The notes: a model not told the origin generated them from the sequence alone. A stretch of DNA of 63,953 nucleotides, filler included, from Guillardia theta CCMP2712 (GCF_000315625.1; 5 parts of 5 records of this genome joined end to end with filler, not necessarily neighbours in it), one strand, 5' to 3'; numbered from the whole stretch's first letter, positions 10,991 to 22,837 are shown. Program-made: numbers and translations.

Positions 10991-11446
10991 TGGCGGCGGC
11001 GGCGGCGGCGGTAGTTGGGGAGGAGGGGGAGAGGGGAGGATGAGGAAGGCTCTGGTCCTCAGAAGATGCGGGGCTTCGGTGGTGGTATCGAGGTCTCCTC
11101 GACTGCATCAAAGGCCTCATTGGCCAACGCCAACGCCAACGCCAACGCCAACGACGACTATTGTTCCTGCAGCTGCTGCATTGCTGCGCTCTGCTGTACA
11201 GTCCCTGCCTGGTCACACATAGCACAATGAAAAAATAACAAGTTGTTACTCCAAATTTTTATTTCAAATCAAATCGTAGCAAAACAGCAGTAAAAAGAAG
11301 CATCGGAAGATTCTAGAACTCTTTGAATTATTTGTTCGAATTTCTATTCAAACACTTCGAGCTCCTCAACCCAAGACCAGCTTCTCCAGTCCCCTGTTTT
11401 CACCAAATGGCAAAGTGAGAAGTAATCAGATATAGAAGTCAGGGAG

Positions 11447-12511
11447 TTACCATGGCACAAACAGCTTCATCTGTTCGTCGAAGGCGTAGCAGAAGGGGTT
11501 CAACGGCTCGGCGCAGAGATCTTTGTAGCTGCACACCCAGACCTCGTACTTGCCTCGCACCATGAGTCTTCCGAGGCCGCCTGATTTGAATGCGGGGAGT
11601 TGTGAGGTCTCTCCAAGGATGATTTCGTGCCACGATGCTTCGATGCTGCAGTTGTTGTGGTGTGACTTTGAGGAGTTCAATATTGTCTGCATGTCAAGGT
11701 TCTTTTGATCTGCGATGTTTATCGGGATTGAGGGGAGTGACGACGATGTTTCGATGCATTCGGTTTCGTTCTGGCATGGCTCTAGGTTTTGATCCATTGT
11801 AGCAAAGGCTGGCCAGGATGAATGGTAGCAAGTCAGATTGTTGTGACTGAGGTCTAATAAATGAAGGGATGACAGGTTGGCGAAGGCTTGGGAAGGGATG
11901 CAATAGAGGTTGTTGTCATTCAGTTGCAACCACCACAAACTCGACAGTCCATCAAAGATACCCAAGGGCAGGGTCTGTAGCTGGTTGTCGAACAGAAACA
12001 GCTCGTACAATCTAGACAGTCCGTCAAAGATACCCGCAGGTAGTTTTTGCAGCTGGTTGTTGTAGAGATATAGAGATTCTAAATTTGAAAGTCCATCAAA
12101 GATATCCGTGGGTAAAGTCTCTATCTGGTTGTTGTAAATATGTAGCGATCTTAAATTTGACAGCCCGTTATTAAAGATACCCACATGCAGTTTTTGTAGC
12201 TGGTTTGTCGAAAGTTGTAGCCAGTTCAAGTTCGACAGTTCATCAAAGATACCCGCAGGCAGGGTCTGTAGCTCGTTGTTGTCAAGATCTAGCCACTCCA
12301 AGTTTGACAGTCCGTCGAAAGTACCATTTGATATGTTTCGTATATTCATAAAAGATAAGCTGAGATATGTGCAACTATCCCTGCAACTTCCGTCCCTGGT
12401 CAACAAACCGTCGTCTGACACGTGAAAAACACAGCCACCACAGCTTGCACTGGATGCTCCATCTGTCTGTGAAACGAAGCATGCAAGAAGGAGCCATAGC
12501 ACACGCTTCAT
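11447..12511 (-). CDS. Secreted leucine-rich-repeat protein (typical 24-aa LRRs, VLR-like modules)
   Basis: ATG at 12511; signal peptide MKRVLWLLLACFVSQTDG; Cys-rich cap; about 6-7 repeats of LxxLPxGIFDGLSxLxxLxLxxNQ; no intron needed. Confidence 0.88.
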   Translation of the reverse strand: MKRVLWLLLACFVSQTDGASSASCGGCVFHVSDDGLLTRDGSCRDSCTYLSLSFMNIRNISNGTFDGLSNLEWLDLDNNELQTLPAGIFDELSNLNWLQLSTNQLQKLHVGIFNNGLSNLRSLHIYNNQIETLPTDIFDGLSNLESLYLYNNQLQKLPAGIFDGLSRLYELFLFDNQLQTLPLGIFDGLSSLWWLQLNDNNLYCIPSQAFANLSSLHLLDLSHNNLTCYHSSWPAFATMDQNLEPCQNETECIETSSSLPSIPINIADQKNLDMQTILNSSKSHHNNCSIEASWHEIILGETSQLPAFKSGGLGRLMVRGKYEVWVCSYKDLCAEPLNPFCYAFDEQMKLFVPW

Positions 12512-12969
12512 GCTCGCCACTCTCTATCCACTTGTGAAGCGAGAGGGGCACCACCGGTCCATTTGTCTATCCGAGTCCTTGGTAACCACCCCGTCAAGCA
12601 AGATGGTGGGTTTGATTTTTTCTTTTCTGATGGGCGAAACTTTCAATCTTCCAAGGTCTTGAGCATCGAAGGGGAAAAACGACGTGACGAAACTTTGAAA
12701 GTTTAAACTTCCCCCCCTGTCTCATGCGGTCGAGTGTGATGCTGTCGAGCCAGCTGTCGAGCAGTGTGCGATTGTGTGGGAACCATCCGATGTGCGAGTC
12801 ATCAGCGTGTAATGGCGGTATTATGAGAGTTAAAGTTGTGTTTCTTCTGTGGGAAGTACTACGGGACTGTGTTCAGGTTCTACGGGCGGGAGAAGATACC
12901 TGCGGGAGCGGGTTGTATCGGCTGTTGTGCTGAGGGTTCGGAGTTGTTTCTGAAGTTCTCGTGTGGGCA

Positions 12970-13632
12970 CTATGTGTGCTGGATCCTTTTGACTATGACC
13001 CTGGGTTGTGTTGACTTTGTGCTACTACTGGAAAAGCTCCCAATTATTTGCAGTATCTCCCCCTGTTGACAACCGTTAAATGTATTACCCATTGGAATCG
13101 CTTGAAAATAGGGTGATATCGCATCATTCACCCCAAGACCTGATTTTCCATCGATGAAGGTACCAACACAACTGAGATTTCTGGCATTGGTGATGACTCT
13201 CAGAAAATCGATCATGACAGCATCGCCGGGTGTGTTGATCTGTACCATGTTGGACGCGTCGTGAGTCGTGTATATGTTCCCGGCGCTGTATAGTGCGCCC
13301 CAGCAGTGCACGTAGCTCGGTGACCCTTGTGAGGAAAACACGCCACAACTCCCGCAAACCTCTGGGACAATCGACTCGACTGTCAGAGTGAAGTGCACAA
13401 AGGGTCGGTCTTTGGCCGGTATCTCGGTCTCGTCGGAGGTGGGTAATCCCAGATTCTTGTATTTGTTGTACCCCCAACACTTGATTCCTTCTTGATTTGA
13501 GCTATTGGTGACTTTAGCACACGATGACAGACTCATTTGTGTGCCGCGGGTTGAATAGACGTTGGACCTGCCAGTCAAGCGAATACAAACACAAAGAAGA
13601 AGTAGTTTTTCATGTTGTGTCTCACCAACCAA
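12970..13632 (-). CDS. RCC1/BLIP-II-like repeat protein fragment
   Basis: IKCWGYNKYKNLG and VHCWGAL resemble RCC1 blade motifs (xCWGxNxxGxLG). Start and end uncertain; may be a pseudogene. Confidence 0.5.
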   Translation of the reverse strand: MVGETQHEKLLLLCVCIRLTGRSNVYSTRGTQMSLSSCAKVTNSSNQEGIKCWGYNKYKNLGLPTSDETEIPAKDRPFVHFTLTVESIVPEVCGSCGVFSSQGSPSYVHCWGALYSAGNIYTTHDASNMVQINTPGDAVMIDFLRVITNARNLSCVGTFIDGKSGLGVNDAISPYFQAIPMGNTFNGCQQGEILQIIGSFSSSSTKSTQPRVIVKRIQHT

Positions 13633-13964
13633 TCCAAACAGTCAGTCTTTAATATTCAGAATGGGGTTTAAAATTACAGCACAGATGAAAAAAAGTTTTC
13701 TTTAACGCAAAGCACGAGGGAAGCGGTTTCGGCTAGGGATAGTTTAGAGTTTAGGGGGAAGTAGTCGAATGAGTTTTCGTTCAAGTTTACTGTGAAGATC
13801 GAAGATAGATCTAAAGTGGGACTTCTGAGGGCAAACTACGTATTCGTTGACTATCTTGGTTCTTTGCGAGTATAATTGCGGCGAGAGCCATGGCGATTAT
13901 GATGTAGAGCTTGGTGTGTTTCTGAGCTGCGATGACGTGGTTGGAGACAGCGACTTTAGGGCCA

Positions 13965-14383
13965 CACAGTCGCTCGGAGCTTGCGGAGTTGTGTGACACT
14001 GGAATGAGTTTCAAAGTCTTAAAGACTTTGAAACTCTCGGGTCTGATTTCAAAATCAGACTCGAGACTTCCGTGCGTCACACAACGTCGGTCCACTTGCA
14101 ACAAGCTTGATTTCGATCCGTCATGATCCAGGAGTCACAAGCCTCGTATACATGCCCAACCATGTTGATCTCATGTCTGGTCAGTCGTAATGTTTTCTGC
14201 AGTTTCTGTTTGTTGGTGTTTTTTCGTTTCTGCTGCAAACTCATGCAATCCCATCAAGTCTCGTTACACACATTCGGATGACTCTTCTCTTCAATCAGGC
14301 TCTCTCTCTAGCCGCAAGTTGTTTCAAGTCAGCCCTATCACTAGTATCCCAGCCACAATCTGTTTGATCGATCTTCGCATGCT
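13965..14383. repeat. Shared module Y (~420 bp), duplicated at 21927-22345
   Basis: cacagtcgctcggagcttgcggagttg...atcttcgcatgc is nearly identical at both sites. Confidence 0.92.
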
Positions 14384-15308
14384 CCCTTTACGTCTCTGAC
14401 TTGAGCCCCCCACCCCCCACCCCCACCCCTCCTTGTCCGTACCCACCCCTCTCTTCCCCTCTCGTCTGGTTACCTTCTCCTGTACTTCAACCCCTGGTCT
14501 GACTCTCTCTCACGACCCCCACCCTCCCCGGCTCACCTCCACCTCCGCTCCTCCCCCTCTCCTCCTATGCCCCTCAGCCTGCCGACAGCGAGCGGTGAGG
14601 TCGCCATGGCCGGCAGCTCGCCTGCTCGGTCCTGCAGCTGCTCGGTCACCTGCTGGGGAGGCATGTGCGACAGCGGGTGCTGAGGCTGGCAAGTCATGAG
14701 GATGCTGGCTTCGCTTCTCCTCTCTTGGCTCTCGGCTCTCCCTCCCTTCTCTTTCCTCCTCCTCCTCCTTGTCTCCCCCCCCGAAGCCTCACGGGCTGCT
14801 GACGCTGACAGCGAGCGCTCACGGCTCCTCCGCTGCGTCGCTCAGAGGTCAAGTGCAGTGATGTCTGCTGTACTGGCGATGCCAGACCAGCCAGCTAGAC
14901 TCCATCAGCAGACAGCAGCCCCTTGTACCTCAAGAGGCTCATCCTCGTACAGCCTGAGGGAAGGACTAGCGCTACTGCTCCTTGCTGCTCGAGCTCACTC
15001 GCCTCGTGCCAGCTCTCGCTCCTCGCAAGCCTCTGCTCCTCGTCCTACCAGCAGTGAGGGAAGCCACCCGTACTTGCTAGTCTCTCTCAGGCACCAGGGG
15101 TCATCCTCCCCAGCACATCTAGTCCTTGTATGCATCAAGCGCTTTGAGAGTCGTTTGACTGACTTTGTTGATGATCAAGGCTGAGACTAGCCTTGAGTGC
15201 TGTCCCTTAGCTGGGGTAGGTCCAGTCTGAGGTGAGCTCGCTTTTACTAGGGCTCTGATAGGTATGAGAGCGATTTCTATGGCTGCAGCTTGTTGGCTCA
15301 GTCTGAGA

Positions 15309-18300
15309 CTAGTCGATACCTAAACCTCTAAGATAATCCTTGACATCTGACTTATCAGCCAAAGTGAAGCAAGTCAAGCCGTCATTGTCCTTCTCCCTCA
15401 GCAGCTCCTCCCCACATGTCTCCCCTACATACCGCACTACCTCCAAGTGCCCTCTCTCACTCGCCCAGTGCGCGCATGTCCAGCCCCTCTTGTCCTTCTC
15501 CCTCAGCACCTCCTCCCCGCATGTCTTCCCAACATACCGCAGCACCTCCAACTGCCCTCCCTCACTCGCCAAGTGCGCGCATGTCTTGCCGTCTTCATCC
15601 TTCTCCCTCAGCACCTCCTCCCCGCATGTCTCTACAATGTACCGCACTACCTCCAAGTCCCCTCCCTCACTCGCATAGTGCGCGCATGTCCAGCCCCTCT
15701 TGTCCTTCTCCCTCAGCACATCCTCCCCGCATGTCTCTGCAACATACCGCAACACCTCCATGTGCCCTCCCTTACTTGCCAAGTGCGCGCATGTCTTGCC
15801 GAGATTGTCCTTCTCCCTCAGCACCTCCTCCCCGCATGTCTCTACAATGTACCGCACTACCTCCAAGTCCCCTCTGAAACTCGCCCAGTGCGCGCATGTG
15901 TAGCCGTCTTCGTCCTTCTCCCTCAGCACCTCCTCCCCGCATGTCTCCCCAACATACCGCACTACCTCCATGTGCCCTCCCTGACTCGCCAAGTGCGCGC
16001 ATGTCCAGCCCCTCTTGTCCTTCTCCCTCAGCACCTCCTCCCCGCATGTCTCCCCAACATACCGCACTACCTCCAAGTGCCCTCCCTCACTCGCCCAGTG
16101 CGCGCATGTCTTGCCGTCTTCATCCTTCTCCCTCAGCACCTCCTCCCCGCATGTCTCTGCAACATACCGCACTACCTCCAAGTGCCCTCCCTTACTTGCC
16201 AAGTGCGCGCATGTCCTGGCCGTACTTCGTCCNNNNNNNNNNNNNNNNNNNNNNNNNNNNNNNNNNNNNNNNNNNNNNNNNNNNNNNNNNNNNNNNNNNN
16301 NNNNNNNNNNNNNNNNNNNNNNNNNNNNNNNNNNNNNNNNNNNNNNNNNNNNNNNNNNNNNNNNNNNNNNNNNNNNNNNNNNNNNNNNNNNNNNNNNNNN
16401 NNNNNNNNNNNNNNNNNNNNNNNNNNNNNNNNNNNNNNNNNNNNNNNNNNNNNNNNNNNNNNNNNNNNNNNNNNNNNNNNNNNNNNNNNNNNNNNNNNNN
16501 NNNNNNNNNNNNNNNNNNNNNNNNNNNNNNNNNNNNNNNNNNNNNNNNNNNNNNNNNNNNNNNNNNNNNNNNNNNNNNNNNNNNNNNNNNNNNNNNNNNN
16601 NNNNNNNNNNNNNNNNNNNNNNNNNNNNNNNNNNNNNNNNNNNNNNNNNNNNNNNNNNNNNNNNNNNNNNNNNNNNNNNNNNNNNNNNNNNNNNNNNNNN
16701 NNNNNNNNNNNNNNNNNNNNNNNNNNNNNNNNNNNNNNNNNNNNNNNNNNNNNNNNNNNNNNNNNNNNNNNNNNNNNNNNNNNNNNNNNNNNNNNNNNNN
16801 NNNNNNNNNNNNNNNNNNNNNNNNNNNNNNNNNNNNNNNNNNNNNNNNNNNNNNNNNNNNNNNNNNNNNNNNNNNNNNNNNNNNNNNNNNNNNNNNNNNN
16901 NNNNNNNNNNNNNNNNNNNNNNNNNNNNNNNNNNNNNNNNNNNNNNNNNNNNNNNNNNNNNNNNNNNNNNNNNNNNNNNNNNNNNNNNNNNNNNNNNNNN
17001 NNNNNNNNNNNNNNNNNNNNNNNNNNNNNNNNNNNNNNNNNNNNNNNNNNNNNNNNNNNNNNNNNNNNNNNNNNNNNNNNNNNNNNNNNNNNNNNNNNNN
17101 NNNNNNNNNNNNNNNNNNNNNNNNNNNNNNNNNNNCCATCGTCTTCCAGTACACTGACTGCATCGGCTCGCCTGAAAGGGCTTGACAAATCCAGTCTCCC
17201 TGAGTGTCTTCGATCCAGTGCCTGAGCTTGTTGATCGCCATGTCCTTGACTCGGTTCGACAGCTCGATCGCCTCCTTGTATCTTGACTCGTCGTTGTACC
17301 AGCCCGACTCCCTCGCCCTGCTCGCCTCCACCAGCCCCCAGCACTCCTCCACGATCGATTGTACAAGACGCTGGTGGATCTTTAAGTACGAGTCTTTCGG
17401 TGCTGTCCTGAGCCGCTCCTGGATCCTCCCCTCCCACCCCCTCACGTCTCGCTCTACCTCCCTCGCCAGGTTCTCCATCAGCCCTACGTACAGCTGCTTC
17501 CTCTTCCCCACAAAGTCCTCGATCGTCAAGCTCATCGTGTTCGCGTTGATCTTCAGCTCCAGCACCTTCACCCGCCTCCCCTCTACCTCCCTGTACCGCG
17601 GCGTCTTCACCACCTCCAGGTACGACAGCGGCGGATACAGCATCTCCCCCTCCCCCGGATACTGAGACACAAACGTCAAGCTCGCCCCCCGGTCGATCGC
17701 CCCGCAGCTGATCTCGAACACGATCGACTCTCCCTCCTCCCCGGCGTACTGCATCGCCGTCCTGACCTCTGTCGTCGTGCTCAGCAGCCCGTACTCGACT
17801 CCTCCGGACACCCCGAGCTTGTCCTCGTTGAGGAAGCTCTCCGGCAGCCTCATCCCCTTCAGCCCCCTCCACACCCGCAGCCCCTCCCGGCAGAGGCGTG
17901 TGACGAGACAGCTTCACGATGCCGCTGACGATGCAGTGGATGGTCGTCGTGTACTTGTTGGGGACCTTGTGGAGTCTCGGAGGAGCTCGTTGGGAGCTCG
18001 AAGAACAGAGTGTACTGAGTACATCGGCCCTGTCATAGCAAGCNNNNNNNNNNNNNNNNNNNNNNNNNNNNNNNNNNNNNNNNNNNNNNNNNNNNNNNNN
18101 NNNNNNNNNNNNNNNNNNNNNNNNNNNNNNNNNNNNNNNNNNNNNNNNNNNNNNNNNNNNNNNNNNNNNNNNNNNNNNNNCGCCGTGTCCAGCCCCTTCA
18201 GCTCCTCCATCCCTCGGATCACCCGCGTCCCGTCCGACAGCCTCCGCCTCCTCTCCGGGTCTGTCACGTTGAGCCACTCCTCCTTGGCTGTCGTCGTGAT

Positions 18301-19182
18301 CCCGTAGTTGCTCGTCGTGAACGCTTCCTCCGCGTCCTTGCCCTTGCAGTGCTCCTCCTCTATCGCCTTCATCAGCTCCGTCTGAGGTAGCCCGATCCGC
18401 TCCATCAGCCCCCCGTAGTACTCCTCGATCTTCCCGTACACGGCCTCGCGTACCTCCGCAAACTTGCTGTTGTGCGACGTCGGACCGTCTCCTCCCGCCC
18501 GCCCTCCTGCCTCCGCCGGCCTCCTCAGCGCCTCCTCGAGCCTCCTCCCTATCGCCGTCTGCCATAGAGCCGATAGAGCGCTCTCCGTCATCCCCTGTAG
18601 CCCCGCAAGAAGACTTGCCGCGCTCCCGCCGGGGATGCACTCCGCCATGACTCGGAGGATGTTGAGGTCGCCGAGGCTGCTGGCCTTGCGCTCGAGCTCC
18701 CACTCTCTTGCGACTCTCACCTCGTAGTCGTCGTACGAGAGCTTGTCAGGGCCTGCGTGCGGCATGAGGGCCGACGCGTCGACGCCGAGAGCCATGCCGA
18801 GGTTCTTGAGAATCGGTTTGTATTCCTCGGAGTCTCGAGGGGTCTGAAAGAGCTTCTTGAGGTCAGAGATGATGTCGTCGGGTATGGTCCAGCTGGTCGT
18901 CTGCTGGACACTAGCTGGTGGATCAGCCGTGGGATGGCTGATTTGAGATTTGATCTCGATGTCTGTCTTGTTTGACGGCTGAGTCGTAGGGCTGGAGATG
19001 CTTGACGGGATGGTCTCTACGTCTCCTTGAGGGGCTGGGGGATCTTTGACAGTCTGCTTTCTCAGCTCGGCCTCGAGCTCTGAGATCCTTCTTGTCGCTT
19101 CTTCCAACCTCTGCTGGAGTAGCGAGTCATCACGACCGTCCTCGGGCTTCACTTTGGACGAGAAGCAGGGGAAGCAACTCAT
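15309..19182 (-). CDS. ADP-ribosyltransferase + ankyrin-repeat protein, paralog 2
   Basis: Same N-terminus (MSCFPCFSSK) and the same WRG / STT / EGE motifs. At least 8 ankyrin repeats visible at 15340-16230, with more probably inside the ~900-N gap. Small indels at 17880-18020 next to a gap are probably read errors. 30-bp in-frame deletion (VNESDGTGSG) relative to paralog 1. Confidence 0.88.
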
Positions 19183-21114
19183 GTCCCTTTCTCAGCCCAG
19201 GGAGAAACCTGCTACAGGAGCTTGCATCAGCCGGCTTCAGATATCCTCTGTCCTCCACCTCCCTCTCCCTCCCTCTTTTTATGTCTCTCTATCTTGGATC
19301 CTCTGTTCGTGGTTCGGTTTACAGCACAACGATCTGATTACAGAGCAGCACAGCCTTGTGTTGTACACCTGAGGCTTTCTGTCTATACACTCTGATCCTA
19401 CTGCCTGCAACTGCAACTCCAAGAGCGTATCAGTCGCCTGCTTTTCAAGAGCTTATCAAGTATTCACCTCAACAAATGCCGTCTATTCTTGATGATAAGA
19501 CCTATGACTCATACTGACTTCCCCTCTCTTGCTCACTTATCCATGCATGTCTTATTCTCTCTCGAGTTTCTGCCCTGCTTCCGACTCTGCCTCCTTCTCC
19601 CACGCCTTCTCCTTTCTCCCTTTCAGTGACTGTTCGTAGAGAGAGGGAAAAAAGACAGCGAGGGAAGAAAAGAGAAGGAGAAAGAAAGAAATAAAGAGAT
19701 CAAGAGAGCAAGCTTCTCCATCCTTGCTTGACACAGCAGGAGAGGAAGTACGAATGCCGAAAACACATTAATCAAGCACAGAGAAGGTTTCCTCGCTCCT
19801 CTTGGTATTCTTCATATTTCATCCCTTCCATCAGCCGTTTCTTTTACCTCCTCTCTTCTCCTTTCTTCTGTCTGTTGTCACGTCTCCTTCTCTCTGCAGC
19901 AGCTACAAGACATCTCACACACACTAGCGACAAGACAAGCTTGTCCTCACCCTCCCTCAAGCTCCTCCCATCCCCTCTCCCTCTCTCCTCCCGCTCTCCC
20001 CCTTCATCCTCCTGCCATGTTTCCCGCCCAACCACCCCTTTACATGGAGCCCTACCCTAGTCGCATAGCACCCTCTAATTCCCATGGTTTATGTCTATCA
20101 GGTACGGGTGAGCAACACCTGCCTACCCTACCTGTTGATGTATTTTGCACTGCCCTACCCCACCCCCAGAAGCTCCAGGATTCCGCCAGTCAGCGTAAGG
20201 GGTGGATGCTAACTGATGAGCAACGGTTCCGAGGCGGACTGCTGTCGATGAAAACCGTTGAGAGGATTGACTAACTTAGTCATCTACTGCGATCTCAGTC
20301 AGTGATCGGGAGCCTCGGCTGCGGCTGACTGGACCTTGATGTCCGTCAGCCTAGTAGCGAGCAAACAAGATCGCCCGGGCCGCGGCCAGCAGCCAAGACT
20401 GACTATCCTCCTCGTCTCCGCATCGCCATACCTCCCCGCCGTCTCACTGAGCCTCTTGCTCAGCGGCAGCCTCGCGACTCAGGCCCGCCAACCTACAAGC
20501 CGCGGAGTCACTGCTCTATCTACACTACAACCCCCGGGTGCTGTATGAGCTCTGACAGTGTCTCGGGCAGGCTGACTACCGGTACCGCCTCATCGCCCCC
20601 CCGTGAGCAAGACCTCTGGGTGTCTCTCAGCTCCTCCAGCACACCCCGACATGCAAGACAAGAGGCCTACTATAGTACTACTGCAAGCCATATATCATTT
20701 GACTCATTTGACCAAATTGCCCACCTGACTTTTCCTTCGTGACTCAACTGAATTTAGGTTTGAAATAGACTAAAGTTAGTACCAAGAGACGTGGGGTTAC
20801 CTGACCCGGCAACCAAAGAGAACGGCTACACTATGTGACTGTTCTGCTCGTTACTGAATGTTGTGAGACGCAGTAGAGTGAAACGAACTCTGATCGATCA
20901 AACATTCAAGATCCGGAGTTACACACTGTGTGAGCGAGTGCTCAGTGACCCGAGGAGCAGTAATGAGATCAGAGCCGGGGGCAGCTGAGAACCCCCTGAT
21001 CAGCACACGATGACTCTTGGGACAAACGATGCTCGGCACGAACCAACTTGTCTCTTCGTCTAGGGTCGACGCACGGCGTCAGGTGACCGATGACAGCGTC
21101 TCACGCGGAAGAGT

Positions 21115-21288
21115 GGAAAGAAGGTGTTGCCAAGACAAACAAGAGTCCGAGCAAAGTGACTCTAGAGCAGATGAAAGAAGGTGTTGCCAGACAACAAGAG
21201 TCCGAGCAAAGTGACTCTAGAGCAAGATGGAAGAAGGTGTTGCCAAGACAAACAAGAGTCCGAGCAAAGTGACTCTAGAGCAAGATGG
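21115..21288 (+). repeat. ~55-bp tandem repeat x3 (aagaaggtgttgccaagacaaacaagagtccgagcaaagtgactctagagcaagatgg)
   Basis: Read directly from the sequence; small indels between copies. Confidence 0.9.
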
Positions 21289-21345
21289 CGTGATGGGTGC
21301 GAGGGAGAGATGCATGGGAGGAGAGAAAGGAAAGCAAGTGATCAT

Positions 21346-21459
21346 TCAATTTATTGACTGAAAAAGAAGGACAAACCGGAGCAAACAAAGGAGGGGGAGG
21401 ATAGAGCCAACAAACCCGCCTCAATAAAATACTAGGAAACGAAGGAGGCAGCGAAAACC
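21346..21459 (-). mobile_element. Diverged 3'-end fragment of the same non-LTR retrotransposon family, inverted
   Basis: Aligns by eye with the reverse complement of 10231-10345 (tttattgactgaaaa..caaaccggagcaaacaa..ccgcctcaa..aggaaacg..ggaggcagc). Confidence 0.75.
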
Positions 21460-22600
21460 GGCATTCAGGAGGAAGAGGTTGGAGACCTTGTCTTGTCCAA
21501 GGGGAGGATGGATGAAGACATCGGGGGGGTTGGAATCGCGTCCATGAGAGAGGAAAGAGAGTGACTCAGTCGTCATGCTTCTGATGGTGGTCTTTGATAG
21601 CCACGTCAGCGGTCAGCACAAGACCAGATCCATTCCTCAGCACCACCCCCTCACCCACCACAGGGCCGAAGCCACCCCTCCACCATAGTCCATACACGCC
21701 AACTTTCATTAACGGGTAACCCGGTCTCACTCGATCCCTTGCCAGAGAAGACCTTGCGAGACATCCTAGTAGCCTATGACCTGTCTACACACCCGGGTGC
21801 TATCTAGCCTAACAGTCTGACCTGACTACGGGTACTCCTGAGCTCGGTCCTCGGCGTTGAGCCAAGTAGGTTGGCGAGTGTCTGCCGGTACACTCGGAGG
21901 ACTGTTTACGAAGCGGCGGCTCTTGCACACAGTCGCTCGGAGCTTGCGGAGTTGTGTGACACTGGAATGAGTTTCAAAGTCTCAAAGACTTTGAAATTCT
22001 CGGGTCTGATTTCAAAATCAGACTCGAGACTTCCGTGCGTCACACAACGTCGGTCCACTTGCAACAAGCTTGATTTCGATCCGTCATGACCCAGGAGTCA
22101 CAAGCCTCGTATACATGCCCAACCATGTTGATCTCATGTCTGGTCAGTAATGATGTTTTCTGGAGTTTCTCTTTGTTGGTGTTTTTTCGTTTCTGCTGCA
22201 AACTCATGCAATCCCATCAAGTCTCGTTACACACATTCGGATGACTCTTCTCTTCAATCAGGCTCCCTCTCTAGCCGCAAGTTGTTTCAAGTCAGCCCTA
22301 TCACTAGTATCCCAGCCACAATCTGTTTGATCCATCTTCGCATGCACTCTAGGAACAACAAGCCTTTCCCCAGCCAGATTGGTCGGTCGGATATCAGCTA
22401 CACTGCGGACCGGACATGAAGTTGCCGGAAAACACTGGGAGCTACTAGTCGATTCCGAGTCTGACTGTTATTTCAAGTCTCTTGATCGTCAGCTTTGAGT
22501 AGGATCAAATCAGCAACTCCCAGGAGACTGCGATCGAGGGACGTGTTGATGTCACAGAGCTACTGGTGGCTAGCCTTACACATGAGAGACTGCCAGAGCT

Positions 22601-22837
22601 ACTTGTGCATCGGTGAGCAACTTCACTTGTGCATCGGTGAGCAAGCTCACTTGTGCATCGGGGAGCAAGCTCACTTGTGCATCGGTGAGCAAGCTCACTT
22701 GTGCATCGGTGAGCAACTTCACTTGTAGATCGGTGAGCAAGGTCACTTGTGGATCGGTGAGCAAGCTCACTTGTGCATCGGGGAGCAAGCTCACTTGTGG
22801 ATCGGTGAGCAAGCTCACTTGTGCATCGGTGAGCAAG
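22601..22837 (+). repeat. 24-bp minisatellite x10 (acttgtgcatcggtgagcaagctc)
   Basis: Units start every 24 bp from 22601; each junction forms the inverted repeat gtgagc-aa-gctcac. Confidence 0.93.

Noticed and set aside
13725-13760. Telomere-like tttaggg words
   Set aside because: Only one or two degenerate units; not an array.
17880-18045. Frameshifts making paralog 2 (and paralog 1 at ~4112) pseudogenes or programmed frameshifts
   Set aside because: Single-base indels cluster at contig edges next to N gaps and are most simply read errors; cannot be resolved without reads.
20760-21090. Possible large structured ncRNA or group I intron (several 7-11 bp complementary segments)
   Set aside because: Matches of this length are expected by chance in ~330 nt, and no complete conserved core (P/Q/R/S or RNase P CR motifs) is recognisable.
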